Both the position numbers and the translations under genes were made by a program. The notes below the pieces were generated by a model. It worked only from the letters and a program-made list of their open reading frames with translations. It was not told the origin of the DNA and ran no database searches. Positions 27,583-38,600 of a DNA stretch of 64,000 nucleotides are shown here, one piece after another (position 1 is the stretch's first letter; each line of letters opens with the position of its first letter). The DNA comes from Alphaproteobacteria bacterium bin52 (lineage in GTDB: Bacteria > Pseudomonadota > Alphaproteobacteria > Thalassobaculales > Thalassobaculaceae), in NCBI GenBank assembly GCA_002238645.1, contig MPMT01000007.1, positions 7,502 through 71,501 of the forward strand, in the 5' to 3' direction.

Positions 27583-28041
27583 TCACCGCGTTGACGCCTG
27601 CCGTTCGAGGCGGCCGTCGCCGTTCTCGTCGGTCCAGATCGGCACGACGCGCGCAGCGACGGATGCGAGGGGAAGCGGCCCGAAATACCGACCGTCCAGG
27701 CTGTCTTCCGTGTCCCAGTTCATCAGGAACACATCGCCATTGGCGATTACTCGGCAGCCCTGCCAAGAGGGCAGTTGGCGGCCCCGGCTGTCGCGTTCAC
27801 GGGCTTTGCCATAGGCGTGATCGTAAGCAGTGATCTGCGCGCCAATCCGGCACACTTGGGTGCCGGGGAGCACCAGAACGCGTTTGATCAGAGGAACGCC
27901 GAGCGGAAGATAGCCACGCGCGTCGAGGAAGCCCGCGAGATCGTCCGGCAACATGACCGCGACGAGATCGCCGACCTCAAGCCGCCCCACAGGGCGACCG
28001 AAATAGAGGCCGATCGACGCGCTGGCCGAGGCATTCCAGAT
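27583..28041 (-). pseudogene. traF: Conjugal-transfer signal peptidase TraF (S26 family), N-terminally truncated
   Basis: ..IWNASASASIGLYFGRPVGRLEVGDLV..GYLPLGVPLIKRVLVLPG..GDVFLMNWDTEDSLDGRYFGPLP matches Rhizobiales-type TraF. The N-terminal TM part and start codon are missing, and the open frame stops at the IS fragment junction (about 28042). Confidence 0.65.
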
Positions 28042-28043
28042 CC

Positions 28044-28424
28044 ATCACCGGCGTCGGACCGATCGCCGCCGCAGCCCTGATCGCCTGGATGCCGGAACTT
28101 GGCACGATCGGCAACCGGCAGGCTGCCGCTCTGCTCGGTGTTGCCCCGTACGCCCGCGACAGCGGGACATCCTCCTGAAACCGCCATGTCCGGGGGCCCC
28201 GCAGACGACCGCGCGATGTTGTCTACATGGCCGCGTTGTCGGCAATCAACTGGAACCCGGACCTGCGCAACTTCGCCAAACGGTTCCGCAATGCCGGCAA
28301 GGCCCACAAGGTGGGTGTTGTCGCGGTCATGCGCGAACTGATCGTCCTGGCCAATATCCTGCTTGGCCAGCAGCGCTCCTGGACCCCACAGCCGCCCGTC
28401 ACCGCAGCAGAAACGAACGCGTGA
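28044..28424 (+). mobile_element. IS110-family transposase, 3' fragment with in-frame stop (IS remnant)
   Basis: ITGVGPIAAAALIAWMPELGTIGNRQAAALLGVAPYARDSG..(TGA 28176-28178)..RHVRGPRRRPRDVVYMAALSAINWNPDLRNFAKRFRNAGKAHKVGVVAVMRELIVLANILL is the C-terminal (Transposase_20) half of IS110-type transposases. The N-terminal DEDD half is absent. Confidence 0.65.
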
Positions 28425-28527
28425 TCACACTCAACGAGATGCTGTCAATCGATCGAACCAGTCAAAGACACGCCGCGAGTGCGTGGCGCCCGGAAGCGAT
28501 CGAGGGCAACGACCCCGGGGATAACCT

Positions 28528-28547
28528 TGTGGATAAACTGTGGATAA
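28528..28547 (+). promoter_or_regulatory. Two tandem perfect DnaA-box nonamers (TGTGGATAA) spaced 11 bp start-to-start
   Basis: TGTGGATAA occurs at 28528-28536 and again at 28539-28547, in the same orientation. It is the reverse complement of the TTATCCACA consensus. Function is unproven. Confidence 0.4.
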
Positions 28548-28589
28548 ATCCCAAACCCGCCAACCACGCCCCCTTGACGCGAAACATGG

Positions 28590-31383
28590 ATGCTCGCCGA
28601 TACCGGTCAGCAGCATCATGACGCCGAGGACAACTACCGGCTGCATGCTGCCGCACTCGCCGACATCGAACGGATGCGGTCCGAGGCCCAGGGCCTGCAG
28701 CGGAGCATCGACGCGGCCAATGCCGACCTCGCACCGCAGCGCGACCACCTCGCGCGCACGGGAGCCCACCTGAAGGCCACGCTGCTCCACCATGTCGAAC
28801 AGCGCCGGAAGCACCTGGCGGAGCACGAACGTGCGTGTCGATCGCTTGAGGATGATGCCGCCCGAACCGATGACAGGCGCCAGAGACTGTTGAGCACTCG
28901 GGACACGGAACGCGAGGAAACAACCAGGTTCGCCACCATGCTCGACACTGCGGCCCGGGCGGCCGAACGGTTGCGGGAACAGGGCGTTCTCGAAATCGAG
29001 GCGGCAGGAGAGGATGCGAGCCGCCAAGCCTGCCTCGAATGCCGCATCACACTGCGCGAAGGCCGTGCCCGGCTCGATGCAGGGCTTGAGCGGGATCGCG
29101 GTCCCGCACCGGGACGCGCTCGAAGCCGCGCGTCGCGCGATTGCGAACGCCCCCGAACCGAACAGACCGCTGATGGTGGCCACCGCCGACGACACGCCTT
29201 CGGACGCGCCTGATGACAGGTTCGTCATCCCGCACCCGCGTGATGCGGCCTACAGCCAGCTGGCCGCCCGGGACGGGCAGTCCCAGGTCGAGGATGAGCT
29301 TCAGGACCTCGCGCGACGCATCGACGAGCTCCGGCCCCGGCTTGAGCGCCTCGAAGAACTGCATCGCACTCACACCCTGTGGCGCCGCACCGCGCCTGAA
29401 CGAAAGGAGCTGCTCAAGCGTATCGACGAGGCGGAGCGCACCCGGGCCAGATATGACCGGGAAGTCGAGCAACTCGATGCATCGGCCGAGGCTCACGCAA
29501 ATCGGGCCAGGGACCATCGCCGCGCTGCTACCCAGGCGGACCACGAGGCCGTAGTCCACCGGACCCGCGCCGGTCGGGCCCGGGAACAGTTCGAGGAACA
29601 TGAACGCCATGAGACCGACTGGAAGCGCGAACAGCTCGCACATGCCGACCGGGCGGAACTGGCCATACGCGACGCCGAAGCAGCCCTTGCGGAGCGCGAC
29701 CGGCCGAACGACCAGGCCCGGGCGGAGGCCGGGGAAGCCGGAGCAGCGGCGCGCGAGGCAGCCGGTTTCGAGACCGAGGCCGATGCCGTCTCGCCCGTCG
29801 CCGGCCCGGGCTCCGTTTACCGAGACCTTGCTACACTGCGCGACGGTTTCAACGCCGAACGCAAGAGCTTGGAAGCACTTGAAGGCGGCAGGGTTGACCG
29901 GCTGCGCGGCGAAAAGGATGGCTTGGACAAGCAGCTCGTGCGCGCCGAACAGAAGTACGGCGCCGACCATCATCAATTCGACCGCGAGCGGGTGCGCGCG
30001 CTACTGGAGCAGAGCCTGGTTGAGGATGGCGCCCGCAGGGCCGCGACCACCCTCGACGCTGCCCGCGCCGCGCTTACCGATGCCGAGGTCGAGGAACGCC
30101 ACACCCGACACCAGTTCGAGCAGGAGCAGCGCCGGTTTGCCGAGATATTCGGCACTGGCGATGCCGACGACCTTTGCGATACGGACGATCTCGATGCGCT
30201 GCGCCGAAACGCGCAGGTCGGGGCCGAGACCCGTGAACGGGAGGCGCGCAGACACGAGCAGGACGCGGAGGCGGCCAGCTCGACTGCCGCAGCGGCCGAA
30301 GCCACCGCCGGGACTTTCCGGAACCGGGCCCGTGAGATTACGGGTCACCTGCCCGACGGGTTCGGCACCCCCGGCCGGGTTGCACAAGTGCCGGACGATC
30401 AGGCACTCGACGATGCCGTCGATACCCTGGTCCGCACACTGCGCGATGGCAACCGGACCCTCGCCGATGCCGAACAGGCGCTTCTCGACCGGCACGAGGA
30501 GGAACGCGGGTTCGCCACGTCCGACGGGTTCCGCGTCCTGAAGGGCGAAAGCCAGGTCGCCTCCAATCTCGCCGCCAACTCGGCCCGTGACGCTGCCGAT
30601 GCCGCGGAGCAGACCGCCCGGCTGATCGACGACAGACTGGCGACGATCGATCACGACCTTGCACGACTCGATCATGACCTTGCAACCTGCACCGGCGAAC
30701 TCGACATGCTGCTGCGCAGGGCGCTCGGAATCCTGGGCCGGATGGTGCGCGACGGGCGTATCCCCGACGGCGTACCGCGGTTCGGTGGCCAGAGCGTGTT
30801 CCGGATCGGGACCGACCTGTCGCGTCTTGCTTCCGACCGCAGACGGGACATCCTCGAGCAATACGTGACCGATCTGGCCGAGTCGAAACGGGTCCCCGAC
30901 ACCGGCCAGAACCTGGCGGCGGAGCTCGTGGACCGGCTGCGGGTTGCCCGCGGCATTTCCAGGCTCGGCATAAGAATTCTGAAACCGAAAGGTGAGAACG
31001 AGACCGAGTAAATGCCGCTCGAACAGACTGCGGTCTCCGGGGGCGAGCTTCTGACGGCGGCAATGATGATCTACCTCGTGGTCGCGCGTCTGCGTGCGGA
31101 GGAACTGCACGGCACAACAGGCGATGCCGGGATCCTGATGATGGACAACCCGCTGGGCAAGGCGAACAAGGCCCTGCTGGTCAAGACCCAGATCGGCCTT
31201 GCCGACGCGATGGGCATCCAGCTGTTCTATGCCACCGGCATCCAGGACACGAACGCGCTCGGGGAGTTCGAGAACATAGTCCGGCTGCGCCGGGCCTGGC
31301 GCGAACTCGGCACCGACAGGATCCATCTCGCGGTCGAGGCGATGCAGGCCCACGTCGACAGCTTGGAGCGGACAAATGGGTGA
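28590..31383 (+). pseudogene. SMC-like (JetC/MksB-like) ATPase remnant: coiled-coil arms plus C-terminal head, lacking the N-terminal Walker A head
   Basis: The long Glu/Arg/Ala/Leu coiled-coil reading is split between frame 0 (28590-29213) and frame 1 (29014-31011). That requires a frameshift near 29085-29110. An in-frame TAA (31009-31011) is followed directly by MPLEQTAVSGGELLTAAMMIY...GILMMDNPLGKANKALL (ABC/SMC signature SGGE plus a Walker-B-like segment). No P-loop head lies upstream. Confidence 0.55.
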
Positions 31384-32427
31384 CTTCGTCGGACACCTGC
31401 GCGGCCTCGGCAAGCGGCGGTTCACGCTCGAGGAACTGCGAACTGCGCATCTCGCCGCCTTCCCCGAGGCGGCGGACGCCCTTGCCCCGCGTCGGTTGCT
31501 GCTCGAGGCGCTCGAAGACGCACGGGCAGCCGGTCACATCGCCCTGCCGCACACCAAGTACTGGGAACGGACCGGGACGCCGCACCTGCCGAAGTCGGCT
31601 ACGCTGTACGCTGAAGGGCTCGCCGCAGGACCGGTACCCTGGCCGGTGGCCTGGGTCCCCGAACTTGCCTTTGCCTACAGCGAACGGGGCCGGTACCGCA
31701 CCGCGCTCACCGCCATCAACCGCTTCCTGCTCAGGCACCGGAACACTGCCCTGCGCGAGGTACCGGTCAACGAACGGTCGCTGCAGATCTTCGGCAACGA
31801 GAAGCGGCTCGAGACCGATCTCGACACCGACGGCTCCACCCTGTTTGGTGGCCGCATCCCCCTGGGACTGATCGGCTGCCGCCCGGTCACGCCGCCGCTT
31901 GCGTTCGAGAAACCGAACCGGCCCGCGCCCGGGATGCCGGTCCTGGTGCTGGAGAACCTGCATCCGTGGGAGAGTTTCCGGCTGTGGAACGCGACGCGGG
32001 GCAGCTACGCCGCCATCGCCTGCGGTTACGGCAACGCCCTGCGCAAGACGCACAGGCAGCTCGAACAGGTCGCGGAGCTGCCGGCGCATCCGGACTGCTC
32101 TACTTCGGCGACCTGGATCCGCCGGGTCTGGAGATCCCGACCGCGGTCAACCGCGAGCGGCAGGCCCGGGGTCTTGCGCCGCTCGAGCCGCACTGCGGAC
32201 TCTATCGCTGGCTACTGCGCCACGGCTGCCGGTGGCTCAGCGATGCCGGCGCGAAGCAAAGCCGCGCCCCGGCTGACCTGTCAAACTAGCTGCCGGACGA
32301 CATCGCCGCCGGTCTCGCGGAGCTGTGGGCAGCCGGAGAGGTAATCCCGCAGGAGAGTTTCAGCACCGATCAGCTGGCCGGACCCGACGCCGTCTGGGTC
32401 CTGCCCGGCCGGGCCGTGCCGTCGTGA
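31376..32427 (+). pseudogene. JetD/MksG-like (DUF2220 Toprim) protein, disrupted
   Basis: The gene overlaps the preceding ORF by 8 nt. It contains VLVLENLHPWESF. After a frame change near 32090-32100 it reads LLYFGDLDPPGLEIP, a Toprim/DUF2220-like motif. An in-frame TAG at 32287-32289 follows, and the reading continues to 32427. Confidence 0.6.
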
Positions 32428-32508
32428 CCGTGCCCGGCGATTGCGCAACACTTGATTGACCGATAGAAACCGGTGCCCTGAACCTGTCAGCCATTCCGGA
32501 CACCGCCC

Positions 32509-34191
<1,683 letters not shown>

Positions 34192-34579
34192 CGCAAACGC
34201 GGACAGGTCCTTCCGGAAACAGCCGCAAGCGGCGCGCCCGGCACCATGACGCGAAACCTGCCGGCGGCGCCATCAGCGGGCCCGCGACCGCCACCCGTGC
34301 GGTCCGGTTCCGCTGCGCCGCCCCCTCCACGCGACTGGCCGCGCCCATTGACCAGGCGTCCGACGCACCCTTCGCGCACCTCCTGCCGGCGCGCAGATCA
34401 GTCTTCGGAATGACCCGGAACGATCGGTTGTCGGCGGGACCTCGTTGGCCGACGGTGCGGACTTTGGTGGACTGGGTGTGCTTCGCGGGAGCGTCTGTGC
34501 GACGTCACCGGGAGGCCGGACCCGAGCCGTGGGTTGCACGGCCATTCTCGTCGGCTTCTGCGCGTGCTGGAGGGATACG

Positions 34580-35605
34580 TCAAAGGGTGAGCCCTTCGGG
34601 CAATGCGACCTCTCCCGCTTCGCCCCTTGCCAACGGCACGGTCCGGTCCACTAGATCGCGCACGAGTTGTTGATGGCTGCCGAGCTTTCGGTTTCTTCCC
34701 AGGTGCTCCAGCCGATCCGCCATCGAGCGCATGAGGTCCGTCCCGCCGCGCACCTCCACACTCGGATCGGCGATACAGACGCGGAGCAGCCCTCGGACGA
34801 TGAACACGGTGTAGCGAAGCTCGAGTGCCCACTGGCCCTTGCCGCCGGGACGCCGGTCCGAGCGGCCCGCAGAGAGCCAGTCGAGCGCCGTGGTCGTGAG
34901 ACGCGTCACCTGGGAACGAAGTGCCGGGCGAGCCGCGAGCAGATCAGTCGTTTCCATTCTGCGGCCCATCGGATGGCTGATCGCCGCCAGCAAGAATTTG
35001 TCCGGTGTCGTGCCGTCCCAACAGCCAAGCAGGGTCTCCCAGACCGTCGCGAGGGCTGAGACCGTGTTCGTGCTCCGGCCGATCCCGGAGTAGGCGGCCC
35101 ACGCGCTGAAGGGGTTGTCGAGCCCGAGGCGGTCGGCAACGGCGCGGCCTTCGTCGGAGGTGCGCGCGAGCCCGGAAGCGAGCCTCAACGCGAGGGAGTC
35201 GGGGGCGTTCGTGAACATCCATGTCGGTACGGTGTGGACTCGATTGAGCGAGGCTCCCCTCTTGACCGTGCGTTGGCCGGTCAGCACTTCCTCAAAGCGA
35301 CCGACCATCGCGTCCCCGGCGTCGTTCACCAGGCGTCGACGTTCGCGTTCGGTCGTCTTGGCCTTGGGGGGGTCCGGATCTCGTACCCAAGGGGGGTCCC
35401 CCGCGCTGTCGATCGGATACCGGAGGTCGCTCCATTTCGAGTTGAAGATGTCGTAAAGACTCTTGTAGAGGTCGACAATCCTGGATCCTTCGGTGCGATC
35501 GTCTCGCCACCAGTCGCGAAGCTCGGCCAAATGGCTCTCGAGTTCGAGCCAAGCGTCCTCGTCGGCCTCGAAGACGTAAAGCAGAGGGATGGCCGCGACG
35601 TTCAT
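34580..35605 (-). CDS. Unknown 341-aa protein, last gene (E) of the McrBC-derived five-gene operon
   Basis: ATG 35603-35605 lies 13 nt downstream of the gene D stop and is preceded by a purine-rich AAGAGAG. The upstream part of track ORF 34580-36316 is an out-of-frame overlap with D. Composition looks coding, but I recognise no family. Confidence 0.6.
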   Translation of the reverse strand: MNVAAIPLLYVFEADEDAWLELESHLAELRDWWRDDRTEGSRIVDLYKSLYDIFNSKWSDLRYPIDSAGDPPWVRDPDPPKAKTTERERRRLVNDAGDAMVGRFEEVLTGQRTVKRGASLNRVHTVPTWMFTNAPDSLALRLASGLARTSDEGRAVADRLGLDNPFSAWAAYSGIGRSTNTVSALATVWETLLGCWDGTTPDKFLLAAISHPMGRRMETTDLLAARPALRSQVTRLTTTALDWLSAGRSDRRPGGKGQWALELRYTVFIVRGLLRVCIADPSVEVRGGTDLMRSMADRLEHLGRNRKLGSHQQLVRDLVDRTVPLARGEAGEVALPEGLTL

Positions 35606-35618
35606 CTCTCTTACCCGT

Positions 35619-38600
35619 TCAGTCGGGGTCCGACACACGAAGGATGGCGGGATGGGTCGCGATCTCACGACCGTCCAGCCCGTAAGGGTGGTGGTACAGC
35701 ACGAGTTGCGGCTCGCCTCCAAGCGGTCGCACGCGCACCCTCGGCTCAAGGCGCGTGTAGCCCCCGTGAAGTGCGCTGCGGTCGAGTTTGACCTCCTGGC
35801 GGTACTTCTCGTTGCCGGCCCCGGCGAGGAAGCCCTCCTGCCACTGGCCCTCCAGCCGTCGTCGCAGCTTGACCGGAACGCGCCATTCACCGGGCTGTAT
35901 CGAGAGCAGCACCTCATGCTGGGCTGGGGTAGTCCATAGGCCTCGGCCGGCTTCCAGCGCCTCGCGCTCGGGGATGAGGCGGAGCCACCAGCGTCCGTCC
36001 TCGTCTTCCTCGCATTTGTCGAGCGCAAGCCCCTCCGGCGGGGCGGCGACCTCGATGGCCAGGCTTTCGACGTGGTCGAGCCAGCAGACGTCGCCTTCGT
36101 CGAGGCGGCGTCCGATCTCCCAAGCACCCCGGAGGGTCTGCTCCGGCTCGACGGCCAGTACGGTGAGACCCGGCAACGCCGAGCTGATTTCTCGGGCTCC
36201 CGCGTCGCTCCAGCCCGGGATCGGACTCTCGACGAGAATTCGGCGGCAGCCGGTGCGTTCGGACAGGGCTCGGAGCGTTGCAACGAGCGATTCGTCGACG
36301 TCAATGGGGCGTGCATTGGGATCGTGACGACGCCGTATGGGAACCGCCTCGCCCCGCGTGAAGAGAAACGTCGATGTATTGCCCTCGTGCGGTTTTATCC
36401 GAGCCGCATCAAGGTGGAGGATGTCGGTCTGCGTCTTCAGATCGTCGACGTTCACTCCGGTTCGAGACCACGCGGCCTCGGCGGCGCGAAGTCGGCGGGG
36501 CCAGGGGGCCTCCCGGCCGGTGGCGACCGCGGAACCGCGAGTCATCCGCTCGACCAACAGCGGGACCTCGGCGCGCTGCCACGGCCGCAGCCGCGTATGG
36601 GTGAGGGCGACTTCGCCGTCCACCTGAACGATGAGGTAGTCTCCGGGCGCTCCACCGGTCAGTTTGTGGCCCTCCGTCACTGCGACGGACCGCCAGACGA
36701 GGAGGCAGCGCCGGTGCGGCCCGACGGCTTTGGAGAGGCCGTCGGCGACGCGTCGCTGTCTCTCTCCCGCTCGTAGCCCAGTGTCGGGCACGATCGCGAC
36801 GGCGAGCGGGTCGTCGCCCATGAGGCGGCGTACTGCGGACGAGACGAGTTCGTTGGCGAGGTCCATGGTCTCGATGTCGCCCAAAGGGATGTATGAGGCG
36901 GACCCGGTGGTCGGCTGGATCCTGGCTTGCGCGGCGACTTCTGTTGCCTCCCCGATCCCCCTTGCGCGAAGCGCCGTTCCGAGGAAGCGGACGTCGACCG
37001 ATCCGGTCGAATCTTCGCGGGCGAGGCGGGAGAACGAGGAGCGGAGATCGAGAGAGACGATGCCCGACCGGCTGCCGGATCGCCGGAGGCGTCCCAAGGG
37101 TGGTTCCGGGGCCAGCTTGGCGCCTCTTGGAACGCTGTGGAGGGTGGATGCGGTCGCTCGTTCGAGGAGCTTTCTTGTCCAGACCCGCCAGTTCCTCGCG
37201 CCGGTGTTGGTCGGGAGGGTGACGAGTCTTTCGCGCCGAGCCCGGCCGATCCAGTCAGCGCGATCGCTCGCGATCACGTGCAGCGCCGGACCGGGACCGA
37301 GCACGGTTGCGATCGCGCCGATCATGCAGCGGTCGTCCGTCGCGACCGAGAGGGAGGCGGAGGCGTGCTTGCCGACACGCAGGACGAGCGACGGGCCGTC
37401 GTCGGTCCAGTGTCGTCCCTGCGCCGGGGCGTCGCGCCGGATCGCGAGCGGGCCGCTCGCCACCACGAGTGGGGAGCTCTCGCCGAGCATGGCGCATATG
37501 GTTGCCTGGGCCTCATCCCGGCGGGTGAGCCCCTGCCAGATCCACTGCTGCTCGGCGCGCTGTTCCTGGCGGAGGAGGTCCAACCACGCCCCGAGGACAC
37601 GCCGGTAGCGCTCGTCGTGACGAAGCGCAAAACTCCGGTTCGTCGCCGTCGCGGCGTCGTGGGCCGGGGCTTGACGCGCGCCTTGGAGACGGAGTCCGTC
37701 GGCGACGCGCCGTGCCCGGTTCTGCATCGAACGTACGAGCTCGGCTCCGTGCGCCATATCGCCGCGCTCGGCAAGCCAAGACCTGGCCTCCGTGTCGTAG
37801 AGCGCCGCATAGGCGACCACGACGCGGTTCTCCAGGGTGTCGGTAGTCGCGTAGCGCTCCGGCGTCACCATCCTCTGCCGGGGGCCGCAGCGCTCCGCCG
37901 TCGAGCGTCCGGCTTGTCTGCACAGCCACCGGATCGTCTTGGCGTCCACCTCGCGTACCTTCGACAGGCGCACCGGGCGGTGGCGGCGGCGGAGGAGTCG
38001 ACGTGGGCTCCCCTCAATGCCCGCGAGCACAGGCAACAATGCCCGGGCCTGTTCCCGGAGGAGCTCTCCCAACGGATCGACCGCCTCCGGGTCGGCCTCG
38101 CTCGCGAGAATCGCGGCCGATGTGCGCCAGAGCACGGACTGGTCATGGCAGACCGCGCTCGCGTCCGCGACGCGCTTCATGCGGTTGGCGGCGCGGTCCA
38201 ACCTATCGAGGGTCCGTCCGGAGCGTTGCTTTGTTGCCGATGTACCCGCAGCTTGGCGCCGCCCTTCCCATGACTCGACGTTGATCGTGAACGACTGGTC
38301 GAGTGTTACCCAGACACGAATTCGACTGACCCGGGCCGGTCGGGCGGGGAGGTGCCACGCCAACCATTCGGCATCGATGTCGAGGCTCCCCGTGCCGCGC
38401 CCGCGGGTTCGCGGAAGATGTTGCCGGCTTCCCAGATAGATCCAGGGTGGAACCTCGCAGAGGGTGGAGTGCTCCGTGGGGGAGAGTCGATCGACGATCA
38501 GAATCGCATCGGCACGGGCGCGGTCCGGACCAAGCTCCTCCCCGCTCCGGACCGGTTGCACGACCGCCGAGCCGTCCCCGGCAACGGCAGCATGCAGATC

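Noticed and set aside
28421-28621. 66-aa ORF spanning the tandem DnaA boxes
   Set aside because: It is short, has no family resemblance, and lies in junction DNA between two gene remnants. I treated it as non-coding.
30001-31425. 474-aa minus-strand ORF, plus other long ORFs opposite the SMC-like remnant
   Set aside because: It has shadow-ORF composition. The plus-strand coiled-coil and SGGE head reading is the biologically coherent one.
36664-38273. Plus-strand ORFs of 314 and 448 aa (36664-37608, 36927-38273) opposite gene D
   Set aside because: They have Arg/Pro/Gly/Ser-rich composition and mutually overlapping frames. The minus-strand frame carries the recognisable motifs and is operon-coupled.
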